Virus record (IMG/VR): IMGVR_UViG_3300029448_000007
Strand: one strand, 5' to 3'
From: an uncultured virus (IMG/VR IMGVR_UViG_3300029448_000007)
Taxonomy: Duplodnaviria; Heunggongvirae; Uroviricota; Caudoviricetes; Crassvirales
DNA length: 64,000 bases
Shown in pieces: positions 34,895-45,869 of the stretch. A program made the position numbers and the translations under genes. The notes below the pieces were generated by a model. That model saw only the letters and a program-made list of their open reading frames with translations. It made no database searches and was not told the origin of the DNA. The stretch's first letter is position 1, and each line of letters opens with the position of its first letter.

Positions 34895-35220
34895 GAATAT
34901 TTCGTAAATACCAATTCGTAGATGCTGATACAGCCAAGGCAGCTATCACTGCTTTAGGAGAAGAGCATCCCCATACCGTAGTAAAGCTTGGTCACATTGC
35001 AGAGACTCCTGGTGACGAAGAGAATCCCCCAGTAATGTCAACAACATACCACGTTGATGTGCTGTGGAAAGGTGAGGTTGATCCATCCTGGGATGACCAT
35101 ATGGTATGGTGCCCACCCCTAGGACTCCATGTATTTGGTAGCAGCTCTGCTATTAGAGAGTGGACAGAAACATGCAAACGATTACATCCTGAATATTTCC
35201 CTGAACCCGAAGAAGAATGA
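34891..35220 (+). CDS. Fibre-associated small protein (possible chaperone)
   Basis: MRIFRKYQF...YHVDVLW; ATGA overlap. Confidence 0.65.
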   Translation: MRIFRKYQFVDADTAKAAITALGEEHPHTVVKLGHIAETPGDEENPPVMSTTYHVDVLWKGEVDPSWDDHMVWCPPLGLHVFGSSSAIREWTETCKRLHPEYFPEPEEE

Positions 35221-35702
35221 AAGACTTAACTAAATCCATTAAGAAAACAATCCGTCCATCAATCACACATGATGAGATGGTAAGACTTTACAAAGCTGGC
35301 AAAAACATCAATGGATTCATTGGTGGGGTAGAAGTAGACACAGCTGTACTACAAGAAGAAGTACCTGATACCTTTGACGACAGCTCATACACTGATGAAG
35401 AAGATGTAGAGCACAGACGTACTTGGCAAGAGTATGCTAGAACATTCCCTAGTGTAAACGAAGGTAAGTCTCTCATACAATTTGGTCACTGTGATGCCAA
35501 CGGCAACTATGCTAGACCTCTTTCTGCAGCTGAGTTCAAAACCTGGATGGACCATTGGGTATGGGAACTACCTGTACCAGGTGTACCTTATGAAGATGAA
35601 GAGGGTAACACCATAACTCCACCAGATACAACAATGCTTGTATTCGATCATATTCTAACTAAGTCAGAAATGACTGTTTTAATTCCTGTACAAAATGGCT
35701 AA
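35217..35702 (+). CDS. Hypothetical acidic protein
   Basis: ORF track. Confidence 0.7.
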   Translation: MKDLTKSIKKTIRPSITHDEMVRLYKAGKNINGFIGGVEVDTAVLQEEVPDTFDDSSYTDEEDVEHRRTWQEYARTFPSVNEGKSLIQFGHCDANGNYARPLSAAEFKTWMDHWVWELPVPGVPYEDEEGNTITPPDTTMLVFDHILTKSEMTVLIPVQNG

Positions 35703-36258
35703 CGTAACTATTACAAACGATAACGACTTTAAGAAGATTTATCTTTCTTCTGATAATGCAACTATGAATACTGATTATCCAGTAGTACTTGTGTATATTC
35801 AAGAAGTTCTTAGATATACTTTAGTTGTTGGTGGATCAGTTTCTATCAATGGTGTTGATTATGAAACAACAGGTGGTGCTCAAAATCTAGATTGGACTTC
35901 TACTTTAACAAGTATTGGAACAAGATATATTGAAGAAATTAGTGCTGCTACATTTGGTTTGACAGAACCTATTTTAGAAGATGGTCTTTGGAAGTTTGTT
36001 ATTCTAGCAAATGGTACAGGTAACATCTACGTTGGAAGAATCATGCACAACGGATTGGATTCTTGTATTTCAAATAAGCTTGATGTAGCATATGATGAAA
36101 CTAACAAATGTGATGTAGAAAAAGTAGAAGCTTTGACTCTTAAATCATGGGCTTTGCTTCAGTCTTCAAAAGATTCAGCATCTGTTAAAGAATGGGAGAA
36201 CGCTAAGTTTAAATTTGACTTAGCTAAAAGTAACTGTAATAAAGATTGTAACTGCTAA
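35695..36258 (+). CDS. Structural protein with Cys-rich C-terminus (tail-hub-like)
   Basis: Ends CNKDCNC; crAss-like synteny. Confidence 0.55.
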   Translation: MANVTITNDNDFKKIYLSSDNATMNTDYPVVLVYIQEVLRYTLVVGGSVSINGVDYETTGGAQNLDWTSTLTSIGTRYIEEISAATFGLTEPILEDGLWKFVILANGTGNIYVGRIMHNGLDSCISNKLDVAYDETNKCDVEKVEALTLKSWALLQSSKDSASVKEWENAKFKFDLAKSNCNKDCNC

Positions 36259-37151
36259 TGGCTATCACGTTCGATAAATTTACTACTTACGGCAACACAC
36301 AAATATTTGGTGCCGACAAGTCTAACATATTTGTTATTGGTTTTGATAACGCAAACAATAACGAATTTAAATATAGTCTTTCTAATTTCTTTCCATCTGT
36401 TTCATCAGCTGGAGGAACTTCTTTGTTTAAAGACATTACATCTGATACACAGATTAACCTCAAGGGTATTGCAGTAGGTTCTAATAAACTTAGTGTTACT
36501 GGGAATACCAATGATGTTACCTTAGATGTAAATGAAGCTAACCTAACACTTAATAATGTTGGTGGTACACTAGGGCTTGCTAAAGGTGGTACTGGTGTAG
36601 GTCTTACTGCTCCTAGTGAAGATAGCATTATGTTCTATGATCACGGTGCTGGAAAAATGGCATGGCTTAGTGTAAGCGGTAGTAATAGTGGTTTGCAAAT
36701 TGTAGATACTGCAATGTCAGTAGCATCACAATTAAGTAACTTGTATACAAAAGGAACTCTTTTATCAAAAGACGATCTTGGTAATGACTCTCCATTATCT
36801 GTAGGGACAAACGGTTATATTTTAAAAGCAGATAGCACTACAACTACAGGATTGAAATGGGCTGATATAGATGATTTTCAAATTGCACAGCTTTCTTACA
36901 ATGATGGTTTCTTAGGAACATCTGCAGGTACTGGTTATTTAAGAACAGGTAGCGGATTAACCTGGAATGATAATACAGGTCATCAATCTATTTCTGTAAA
37001 CCCAGCACAGATTAGTTTAGCTAGTTGTAATAACGATGCCAACTTTAGAGCAATAACTGCTTTTGCTGATAGTAGTAATATTACTAAAACTCATCACATA
37101 GAAATTGTTATTGGTAGTGATACTTATCAAGTAGCGGGTCAATTGATATGA
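36258..37151 (+). CDS. Tail fibre-like protein
   Basis: LGLAKGGTG and LSVGTNGYILKADS...GLKW fibre motifs. Confidence 0.75.
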   Translation: MAITFDKFTTYGNTQIFGADKSNIFVIGFDNANNNEFKYSLSNFFPSVSSAGGTSLFKDITSDTQINLKGIAVGSNKLSVTGNTNDVTLDVNEANLTLNNVGGTLGLAKGGTGVGLTAPSEDSIMFYDHGAGKMAWLSVSGSNSGLQIVDTAMSVASQLSNLYTKGTLLSKDDLGNDSPLSVGTNGYILKADSTTTTGLKWADIDDFQIAQLSYNDGFLGTSAGTGYLRTGSGLTWNDNTGHQSISVNPAQISLASCNNDANFRAITAFADSSNITKTHHIEIVIGSDTYQVAGQLI

Positions 37152-37909
37152 TACATTTAAAAGTTTTATTTCTAAATCTATATAATAGTCTTGACAAGAC
37201 AGGTAAGCTGGTTGTCACGATTACTATTATATTTATGTCATACATGGGTTATGACAACCATCTTATTCATAACCAGTTGGAGTATGAAAGAAATATGGTA
37301 GACTCTGTTAGTGTACAGATTCAAGATGTGCATAACAAAACAATTCCTTCACACAACAATCATATGACTATTGAAGAGTTTACTCATCAAGGTCAGATAG
37401 TACAAACAGCTTTGGATGTACTAATGAAAGATGTAGGAGCAGACAGAACATTTATTTTTGAGTTTCACAATACTGTTGCAATGTCAAGAGGTGTTGATGA
37501 AATGCCAATAAACTTCTCTCTTATGAGTTGTACGTTTGAGTCTGTTAATATTGGTGTTAAACCAAGATGTTTCTCACTTCAAGATATAAAAGTTCCTATG
37601 TGGAACAGTTGGGTATATGAAATCACAAGAGGAGGTTTTAAGTATATGAACACTGAACACATCTCTAATACTGTTTATAGAGCTTACTATGTTGACAATA
37701 ATGTTAAGTCTGTTATTGTCGTACCTATTAAGAATAGAACAAACGAGACTATTGCGCTTATGGGTGCAGAGTGGATCAAGTCTGAGTTTACAAATGTTCA
37801 AGAGAATTCTATGCTCGTAGACAACTTCAAAGACGCCTCTTTGTATCTGTCGGAACAAAGTAATAACTTTGCAGAAATTTTAATACGAATGCCTAATGGA
37901 GCTATCTAA
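37148..37909 (+). CDS. Putative holin with N-terminal TM helix and GAF-like domain
   Basis: TM at aa ~20-35; GADRTFIFEFHN, VKSVIVVPI, IALMGAEW; directly upstream of endolysin. Confidence 0.65.
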   Translation: MIHLKVLFLNLYNSLDKTGKLVVTITIIFMSYMGYDNHLIHNQLEYERNMVDSVSVQIQDVHNKTIPSHNNHMTIEEFTHQGQIVQTALDVLMKDVGADRTFIFEFHNTVAMSRGVDEMPINFSLMSCTFESVNIGVKPRCFSLQDIKVPMWNSWVYEITRGGFKYMNTEHISNTVYRAYYVDNNVKSVIVVPIKNRTNETIALMGAEWIKSEFTNVQENSMLVDNFKDASLYLSEQSNNFAEILIRMPNGAI

Positions 37910-38366
37910 CAACTTTTCACTAGAAGAATTTACAAAGTCAGCAACAGCTGATCGTCTGGGTATTAATAACACAGCACCAGATATTGCTATAGACAATATG
38001 AAGTTTCTTTGCGAAGAAGTTTTGCAACCCGCTAGAGACCATTTTAAAAATGAGTTTGGTGATGTGTTTATCAAAGTAACTTCTGGTTATAGAAACATAC
38101 AACTTTCTGAAGCTATTGGTAGCTCTTCAAGGTCTTTTCACTGTCATGGTATGGCTGCTGATATCGAACTTTATATTAAGAACGGTACACGGTATATGGA
38201 AACTAACGAAAAGCTTTACTATTACATCAAAGAGAATCTTCCATTTACAGAACTTATCTGGGAATACGGTGATGATAAAATGCCAGCATGGGTGCACGTT
38301 GCTCTATCTAAGCATGACAAGCGTAAGATGATTAAAAGATTCCCTAAAGGTAAAGAACTAAAATGA
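37896..38366 (+). CDS. Endolysin, peptidase M15 family
   Basis: NFSLEEF, VTSGYR, SFHCHGMAAD, WVHV. Confidence 0.9.
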   Translation: MELSNNFSLEEFTKSATADRLGINNTAPDIAIDNMKFLCEEVLQPARDHFKNEFGDVFIKVTSGYRNIQLSEAIGSSSRSFHCHGMAADIELYIKNGTRYMETNEKLYYYIKENLPFTELIWEYGDDKMPAWVHVALSKHDKRKMIKRFPKGKELK

Positions 38367-38911
38367 AGCACGGTTTTAAATATCTAATGGGTGTTATTGT
38401 TGGTATAATTATATGCTATCAATATTTTCAAGCATATCCTAACGAGGTTACAAATAATATTATTGAAAGACACGACTCTCTAATATATCTTCCTGGCAAA
38501 GACAGTGTTGCTTGGGATACATTTAGAACTAAACCCGTTGCTTATATTCCAAAAGGGTATGTCAAACTTTCAGAAGCAACTGAAGAAAGTCTTGATACCA
38601 ATTTATTTATATACGAGGTAAAAGATACTAACCAAGAAGCCACTATTGAGACATATACTGATGGTACATATGTCAAGAATATTTATAACTATAAAATGTT
38701 TATCCCATCTACTTTGAGGATAGACACTGTATTTAAGTCAAGTACTGTTACAATCAAACCTAAAAGAAGTTTTAAACTTCATGGTGAGTTTGGTGCTAAC
38801 TGGGGCGTAGGTGCATCCTATGAACTAAAAAACAAATGGGAAGTAGGTATTACTTACAGACCTGACAACACAGTAGCACGATTGGAAATACCAATTTTTA
38901 CATATGACTAA
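38363..38911 (+). CDS. Putative spanin-like membrane protein
   Basis: N-terminal TM, C-terminal amphipathic beta strands; third gene of lysis block. Confidence 0.5.
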   Translation: MKHGFKYLMGVIVGIIICYQYFQAYPNEVTNNIIERHDSLIYLPGKDSVAWDTFRTKPVAYIPKGYVKLSEATEESLDTNLFIYEVKDTNQEATIETYTDGTYVKNIYNYKMFIPSTLRIDTVFKSSTVTIKPKRSFKLHGEFGANWGVGASYELKNKWEVGITYRPDNTVARLEIPIFTYD

Positions 38912-40004
38912 ATCACAGATAATAAACTTCTTGCTTGAAAAGCCTGGCTACCTCAAAGAAGGTAAAAACAGGCTTGCATTGCTTTTGGAAGACAGAGGTG
39001 AAGAGGTAACAGTTGAAGAATGCGAAGCTGCTCTTAAAGAAGCAAAAAAGATCAAGGAGGTAAGCCCTGGACTAACATTAAAGTCTACATGGGTTTCCCC
39101 TGATGGTAATATGGGATTCTCATATAAAGTAGACCCTGATGGTGACCTTTCTGAAATAAGAGAAGAAGTCAAGACAAAAATATCTACTGAGAAGTTTGAT
39201 ATCCCAACAAAAGAATTAGGAGGTAATGAAATCACAGTATCTATTGCTGACCTTCATATTGGTGCTTTTGTACATGGACTGCGTACAACACATGACTTTG
39301 ACGTCGACATTGCAAGAAAAGCATTGCATTCAGTAGCAGCCAATATTAACGCACTCAATGCTAAGAAAGTTAATATGATTATCCTTGGTGATATCATAGA
39401 GTCTTTTACAGGAATGAATCATCCAAACTCTTGGCAGGGTATTCAACTCTATGGAGCTGACTTGGTAACAATCTCTTATGAGATTCTTGGCGAGTTCTTT
39501 TCACAGATTGTAAACCTTTCTTCTATTGTTATTATAGGAGGTAACCACGATAGGTACACCTCATCAAACAAAGAAGATGTACAAGGGGGTATATCTAAGA
39601 TACTTACTTACTTCCTTCAAAGAGCAATGCCTAATATGCCAATTACATGGGATAGGATGATTGTTTCTAAAGAGTATGATGGTATCGTATACAACGCTGC
39701 ACATGGTGATCTAGGATTCTCTAGAAACCCAGCATCTGATATCATCCTTAGATACTCTACTAATAAAGACGCGTTTAATCTTTTACTTGAAGGACACTGG
39801 CATTCCAGAAGAAAAAAGCAGCCAGTGAATACCAAAGCTGTTAGTTGGGATACAAACAACTATCGCTGCTATACAGTTCCTTCAATCTTCTCAGGTAACT
39901 TCTACTCAGAGAGTATGGGTTACTCTTCAACACCAGGGTTTATGATCTTTTGGAACAATGGTGAAGGTTTGCCTATTACACTAGACATTCCGTTTAAATA
40001 TTAA
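38904..40004 (+). CDS. Calcineurin-like metallophosphoesterase
   Basis: ADLHIG, LGDII, GNHDR, AHGD, GHWH. Confidence 0.9.
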   Translation: MTKSQIINFLLEKPGYLKEGKNRLALLLEDRGEEVTVEECEAALKEAKKIKEVSPGLTLKSTWVSPDGNMGFSYKVDPDGDLSEIREEVKTKISTEKFDIPTKELGGNEITVSIADLHIGAFVHGLRTTHDFDVDIARKALHSVAANINALNAKKVNMIILGDIIESFTGMNHPNSWQGIQLYGADLVTISYEILGEFFSQIVNLSSIVIIGGNHDRYTSSNKEDVQGGISKILTYFLQRAMPNMPITWDRMIVSKEYDGIVYNAAHGDLGFSRNPASDIILRYSTNKDAFNLLLEGHWHSRRKKQPVNTKAVSWDTNNYRCYTVPSIFSGNFYSESMGYSSTPGFMIFWNNGEGLPITLDIPFKY

Positions 40005-40007
40005 GAG

Positions 40008-40691
40008 ATGACTGAAAACGAAATTGTATACGGTATTAGAGAGCGCGTCAGAGAGTTAGCTGATGACTCAGATATCTCTAACAGACAGATTCTGTTTGAG
40101 GTTAACAATCAACGCGCTCTATACTATTCTAAGAAAGGAAGAAAGATTGACGATACTGTAAAGCAGGAAATCTGTATGAACGTCAATATCGTAGACCCAA
40201 TGAAATGTGGTTGTACCACTAGCGGTTGTAAAGCATTGAGAACTGCAACACAAGTTCCTGCAACTATTACAACCAATGGTGACCAAGCAGGGGTTCTTAT
40301 GGTTAGAGGTAATAACCTACTAGCTAGACCGTTCTCTTTTATTTCTTGGGAAAAGATTCGTTTTTCAGGAAACAATGAATTTACAAGTAGAGATATTTAT
40401 GCAGCACTTGGACCAGATGGTTACTTGTATTTCAAATCTGGTAACCCTGAGGTGGAGCTTTTGGCTTCGACTCAAGTTATTGTTACTCTACTTTTGGAAA
40501 ATCCTAAAGATGCTAACAACTTTGTAGACTGCTCTACAAATACAAATTGTTATTCAGCAGACAGTCAGTATCCATTGAAAGCAAGTTTGTACGCTTACAT
40601 CGCACCTATTGTTGTACAGAGTTTGTTGCAGAGAGAACAGTTACCAAGAGACGAAGCGAATAATGCAAACGATGATAAAACACAAGTCTGA
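40008..40691 (+). CDS. Tail ring protein
   Basis: DDSDISNRQI, ENP, YPL, PRDEANNAND; synteny. Confidence 0.75.
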   Translation: MTENEIVYGIRERVRELADDSDISNRQILFEVNNQRALYYSKKGRKIDDTVKQEICMNVNIVDPMKCGCTTSGCKALRTATQVPATITTNGDQAGVLMVRGNNLLARPFSFISWEKIRFSGNNEFTSRDIYAALGPDGYLYFKSGNPEVELLASTQVIVTLLLENPKDANNFVDCSTNTNCYSADSQYPLKASLYAYIAPIVVQSLLQREQLPRDEANNANDDKTQV

Positions 40692-41142
40692 TTACAAGTC
40701 GGATGAGTTTTATAGATTTTATAAAAACAACTACAGTGAAGTTGTTGACAAGAAACTTTATAGCGACATAACTAGAGACTTCTTTAATATAATTTTTGAT
40801 AGGATGATCTTCAATAACCAAACTTTCCAACTGCCTTACGAAATGGGAGAGATGTTTATTGGTAAGAAGAAACAAAAAAGTTTTGAAGCTTTACCTATCA
40901 ACTGGAAAGAAACAAAAGAGTTGTGGGATAAAGACCCTGTTGCTAAAGAAAATAAAGTTTTGGTAAAACATTTTAATAGACATACAGATGGATATATTTT
41001 TAGATTCATCTGGTCTAAGCTGAATGCAAAGTTTATCAAGAAAAGTTTATATAGGTTCAGACCTATAAGAGCACATGCTAGAAAGATGTCTGCAGCAGCA
41101 CAAGACCCAAAGAGTAAAATTGATTTTTTTGAAATAAGATGA
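40672..41142 (+). CDS. crAss-type IHF-like protein
   Basis: FQLPYEMG, INWKETKELW, NRHTDGYIFRFIW; position before tail tube gene. Confidence 0.75.
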   Translation: MIKHKSDYKSDEFYRFYKNNYSEVVDKKLYSDITRDFFNIIFDRMIFNNQTFQLPYEMGEMFIGKKKQKSFEALPINWKETKELWDKDPVAKENKVLVKHFNRHTDGYIFRFIWSKLNAKFIKKSLYRFRPIRAHARKMSAAAQDPKSKIDFFEIR

Positions 41143-41831
41143 CACGAGGTTATGTATCCGTATATGAGATTATAGAGAGAGTATTCACATCTCCTCTTGC
41201 TAAAGAAATTGATCTATCTACAATTGTAAGATTGACAGCAGATGGATTGCTTCTTATTGGCGCTCCTACTTTGCAAGAAGATAAAGAGTTTGAAGTTGAA
41301 ATCATTCAATATCGAGCTAAGCTTCCTTGTGAAATCAAAAGAATTAAAACTGTTCGTAAGAATGGTAAAGCTCTTAGAATGTCTGCTAACTCATTTAAGA
41401 ATCTCATTGATCACAACAATAGAGATTACTTTGCAAGTAATGAAAAGACGTACTCTATCAATGGGGAGTATATTCATACAAACTTTGAGAACGACACTAT
41501 TTATATCTCGGCTACTGTTATGCCTATAGATGACAATGGGTATCCTGTCATTCCAAACGATATTAAAATCAAAGAGTTTTTGTACTACCATATCTTAGCT
41601 CGTATTGCTGAGAATATGATGTTAGCTGGTACAATGGATATGGGTAGACTTGGTTACTTGCAGCAGCAAAGAGCTTTCTACGCAGGAGCAGCAACAAACG
41701 CTGCTATCATTCCATCTGCTGATGAGATGGAGACTATCAAAAACATGATGGTTCGTTTAATTAAAGAACCATTAGCACAGTCCAAATTCTACGACAGTGT
41801 GGGACATCAAGAAAAAAGATATCCTAACTAA
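41139..41831 (+). CDS. Tail tubular/ring protein
   Basis: YRAKLPC, YIHTNFE, DDNGYPVIP; synteny. Confidence 0.8.
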   Translation: MTRGYVSVYEIIERVFTSPLAKEIDLSTIVRLTADGLLLIGAPTLQEDKEFEVEIIQYRAKLPCEIKRIKTVRKNGKALRMSANSFKNLIDHNNRDYFASNEKTYSINGEYIHTNFENDTIYISATVMPIDDNGYPVIPNDIKIKEFLYYHILARIAENMMLAGTMDMGRLGYLQQQRAFYAGAATNAAIIPSADEMETIKNMMVRLIKEPLAQSKFYDSVGHQEKRYPN

Positions 41832-44800
41832 TGAAGAAAAAGGTATACTCATACAATAGAATCGATAGAGATGTTTCTCCTGCAAAGCAGAGAGAGGGGA
41901 CATACTTTGATGCGCAAAATATACGCATTGTAATGAACGATGATGCTTTCTCTGTTACAAATATAGAAGGTAACTCATTATCTGTAACAATGCCTTCTAT
42001 TGAAAATGCAGCTGATAAATTTATTGTAAGAGGAAACGGTACAGTAACCGAAGTACCTTATGTTCACGACGATGATAATAATCTAAATAATGTTTCACAT
42101 ATAAATTATGGTAGCAATACAGCACCTCTTTATATTATAGGTCACTGTTACATAAGAGATGTTTTAGTCATTCTTGCTACCCCATATAATGGTAGTAATC
42201 CTACTGGAGATAGCGCAGCCGTCCTTACTGTTTTTACATGGGACGGCACTACTCTATCTTTAAAGTATTGCAACTCTGCAGGAGTATCTAGACAATATCC
42301 TATGCGCAGGGTTGTATGTAGATACGAAAATGAAAAGATTCAAAAGATTTATTTTACTGATGGTTTTATTAATCAGCTTAGACTACTAAATATAGCCGAT
42401 GACAATACAATAAATATTCCACCAGACCTTTTAGATATTAATCCCTCTGCTGACTTTTCAGACATTGAGGTAACTAACTTTATTAACGGTGGTAGCTTTG
42501 AACAAGGTATTGTACAGTACGCATATTCTTTATATTCTGACAATGGTACAGAATCTAAAATTAGTTCTCTTAGTCTACCTTACTTAGTAGATAATACTGT
42601 TTCTGTAGGAAACAAATCTTTAGAAGTTTCTTTATCTAATATTGATTCTAAATATGATTATATAAAAGTATATAGAGTTTTATATGATACTATTGAAGGG
42701 ACTCCTGTAATTTCTCAAATTGCAGATCAAAGAGTTACAGACAACTTTAGCTTTATTGACGACGGTTCTGTAGTTATTGCAAATATTCCTGTAGAAGATT
42801 TTTTGTTTCTAGGAGGAGACCCTTTTGTATGTAAGGATATTGCAATTAAAGATAATAGACTTGTAGCTGCTAACATCAAAGAAACATTCTTTGATGTTGA
42901 CTATGATGCAAGAGCTTTTAGATTTACTAGTGGTTCACCATCTGCTTTATTGTTTGATGAGGCAAATACTCTTGGTGATACAAACATTACTGTACAGCCA
43001 GATGAAAAAGCTTACTATCAAATTACAGCATCTAATTTTGCTAATGATATTGGTGATCTTCCAGATGAGCATGATTGTATAAATCCATCAAACAAAGCTG
43101 AAACAAATATTGATTTTAGACAAGCCCGCTATACTCATGATACTACTTTAAATGCGTATCAAGAATTATGGTATAACACTTTTATTTATCAAAAAGATGG
43201 TACTACACTTGGTGGTGAAGGATTAAATGTTTCTTACAAAATCCTTACAGCTACTAGAGTAACAGACAATGAGGTTTCACAACCTCAAGTTCTAAGAGCG
43301 ATTGATACTTTTAAAACTCCTGTAAATTATTTTAAGAGAAGTTTTAAGAGAGATGAGATTTATCGTTTTGCAATAAGGTTTAAAAATAAGTTTGGACAAT
43401 ATAGCTTTCCTAAATGGATTGGTGATATAAGAATGCCTAACCAAAATACACATCCTATCAGTCCTTCTAATACTGAGATTGATGATTTGTATATTGAGTT
43501 TACTGTAAACAATGTACCATCTAATGCAGTAGGATGGGAAATCTTAAGAGTAGAAAGAGACCAAGCCAACTCTACTATTCTTACACAAGCTTATATCACA
43601 GATTCTATTAGAACACCATTGGAAGATAATAAAAATAAAAGTGGTGCGTTTACTAATAGTTATTTCCCAAGACTTTTGATGGGAACCTGGAATAACAAAG
43701 TTCTTGGTACTGGTGTAATTAAAGCAGATACAATACAAAGTAATCTTGAGTATAGTGGTTTAGTTACAAATTCTACAAGCTTTTCGTCTTTTCAAAAATA
43801 TATGTTAGATGATAATCTAATATATTTATATTCTCCTGAGATTACAGAAAAAGATGTTTCTCTTAACGGAGACTATTTAAACTTTATAGGTGTCGCATCT
43901 TCTTTTGCAGGAGGAAGATCTGAATATCAAGATAGTCTTGAGTCAATCAATTCTCAATTTAATTGGAATTATACAGATCCTACTGTTGTTTCACCTTCTA
44001 TGTATAACCCTATACAATATCTAGGTTCTGATGAATCACGATATCGTTCTTTTTATAGAAAAGCAACAGTAAGTAATACTCTTAAAATTTCAAAGATTAA
44101 TATTGAATCTCAAATTGCTTATACTGAAAGTGCTGGTTTTAAAACACTATCTTCAAATAACAGATCTGATAAAAAAATATCTTTTCAAAGTGGATTTAAA
44201 GAAAGTCCTGTAGGAAATACAACAACAGGTTTACTAGATAATGAAACTTCTATTGTTTTAGACATATATAATGGAACTTTTGGTGCAGAGGGTGTTCAAA
44301 ACATATTATCAAGGTCTGGTAATTACTTAGCTACTAATCCAACTAACTTACAAGATTTGTTTGTAATGGTTGATTATAAGCAAACATTGTCTAATCAGTA
44401 TGGTGGTGATACGTTTGAAGCTATTCAAAGAACACAATATTTTCCAACAGCTAAGCACACTGGTACAAATGCAACTGTTGATGTTCGCAATGGCGATACG
44501 TTTGTTGGAATGTGGACTTTTACTAAAACAAAAGTAGCTACTCCAGTAACAGGTATCAATGACACTGGTTGTCGAGATGTATTGATGTTACCTATTGAAT
44601 CTCGTTATAACATTGATATGTATGAATATCAATCAAGAGATACTATATCTGAACACGAGAAAATAAACTATGATGCTGCGGGATACAACAAATACAGTAA
44701 GGTATTCCACAGAGAGCCTAATGTAATCAATGTTGTATCTAAGCCTCATAACTTTGTTGTCAATAATACAAACGATTCTAGAATTAAAATCTCACAGGCT

Positions 44801-45814
44801 AAAATCAATGCTGAGGTTTTAGATAGTTTCGCAGACTTTAGAGAGCTTGACTTCTTTGATGTTAACTCAAGCTTTGGGCCTATCACTGGTATCATGGAGT
44901 ATAACAATCAGGTTTACTTCTTTCAACCAGAAGGTGTAGGTATTATTCAAATCAATCCAAGAATTCAAACTGTAGGTTCTGATGGTGTATCTATTGCATT
45001 AGGTACAGGAAGTCTTCTACAAGATGAGGTTTACATATCTACAAACAAAGGATGTTCTCACCAATTTAGCTTAGTCAAATCGGAGTATGGAATATACTTC
45101 TATGATTACTTGACAAGTAAGTTTTGCTTGGTAAGAGGTAATGTAGAACCCATATCGGATATGAAGGGTCTACATAGTTGGTTTATGGATAACAATGTTT
45201 CTAGCACAGACAACCCTGTAAACTATGGTGGTGTTACAGCAGGTTACTCTAGAGAGAAAAATGAAATCTATATGACATTCTGGAAAGGTCTCAATGATGC
45301 GTATACAGTTCTTTACTCAGAGTACGTTCAGGGTTTTGTTTCTTTTATAACTAACAAGCCTACTTTATATATACCTTGGAGAGATAGATTGTTTACTACA
45401 AACTCTACAGGAAATCTTTATGAAGAGAATGTAGGTAACAAAGGAGAATTTGGTGGTGTATTGTCACCATCTTACATTACTCTTACTTTAAACCCATCAC
45501 CACTGAACACTTGTATCTTTGATACAATTGCATATAACTCTCAAGTTACACTTAGTGGTATTGATCAACCTCTTGAAACTCTTACAAACATTAAGTGCTT
45601 TAATCAGTATCAAGACTCTGGTTTACAAGCAGTTGACGCTAAGCGTAAGTTTAGAGAGTGGAGAGTAAATATTCCAAGAGAACAAAATACTCGCAACAGA
45701 ATGCGTTCTCAACATGCGTATTTAAAACTTCAATACAATAACGCTAGTAATAAGGAACTCGTTCTTGAAGATATAATATTGAATTACAGAGATGCTCCTG
45801 CTTCATTCGTATAG
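41831..45814 (+). CDS. Tail muzzle/stabilisation protein
   Basis: 1327 aa; YFDAQNIRI, KIYFTDG, KDNRLVAAN, SFKRDEIYRF, PKWIGDIRMP, KRKFREWR. Confidence 0.88.
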   Translation: MKKKVYSYNRIDRDVSPAKQREGTYFDAQNIRIVMNDDAFSVTNIEGNSLSVTMPSIENAADKFIVRGNGTVTEVPYVHDDDNNLNNVSHINYGSNTAPLYIIGHCYIRDVLVILATPYNGSNPTGDSAAVLTVFTWDGTTLSLKYCNSAGVSRQYPMRRVVCRYENEKIQKIYFTDGFINQLRLLNIADDNTINIPPDLLDINPSADFSDIEVTNFINGGSFEQGIVQYAYSLYSDNGTESKISSLSLPYLVDNTVSVGNKSLEVSLSNIDSKYDYIKVYRVLYDTIEGTPVISQIADQRVTDNFSFIDDGSVVIANIPVEDFLFLGGDPFVCKDIAIKDNRLVAANIKETFFDVDYDARAFRFTSGSPSALLFDEANTLGDTNITVQPDEKAYYQITASNFANDIGDLPDEHDCINPSNKAETNIDFRQARYTHDTTLNAYQELWYNTFIYQKDGTTLGGEGLNVSYKILTATRVTDNEVSQPQVLRAIDTFKTPVNYFKRSFKRDEIYRFAIRFKNKFGQYSFPKWIGDIRMPNQNTHPISPSNTEIDDLYIEFTVNNVPSNAVGWEILRVERDQANSTILTQAYITDSIRTPLEDNKNKSGAFTNSYFPRLLMGTWNNKVLGTGVIKADTIQSNLEYSGLVTNSTSFSSFQKYMLDDNLIYLYSPEITEKDVSLNGDYLNFIGVASSFAGGRSEYQDSLESINSQFNWNYTDPTVVSPSMYNPIQYLGSDESRYRSFYRKATVSNTLKISKINIESQIAYTESAGFKTLSSNNRSDKKISFQSGFKESPVGNTTTGLLDNETSIVLDIYNGTFGAEGVQNILSRSGNYLATNPTNLQDLFVMVDYKQTLSNQYGGDTFEAIQRTQYFPTAKHTGTNATVDVRNGDTFVGMWTFTKTKVATPVTGINDTGCRDVLMLPIESRYNIDMYEYQSRDTISEHEKINYDAAGYNKYSKVFHREPNVINVVSKPHNFVVNNTNDSRIKISQAKINAEVLDSFADFRELDFFDVNSSFGPITGIMEYNNQVYFFQPEGVGIIQINPRIQTVGSDGVSIALGTGSLLQDEVYISTNKGCSHQFSLVKSEYGIYFYDYLTSKFCLVRGNVEPISDMKGLHSWFMDNNVSSTDNPVNYGGVTAGYSREKNEIYMTFWKGLNDAYTVLYSEYVQGFVSFITNKPTLYIPWRDRLFTTNSTGNLYEENVGNKGEFGGVLSPSYITLTLNPSPLNTCIFDTIAYNSQVTLSGIDQPLETLTNIKCFNQYQDSGLQAVDAKRKFREWRVNIPREQNTRNRMRSQHAYLKLQYNNASNKELVLEDIILNYRDAPASFV

Positions 45815-45869
45815 CATATATGTAGTTTCTGTTATATCTATAATCTAATCTATTAATAAATTTGCAATT

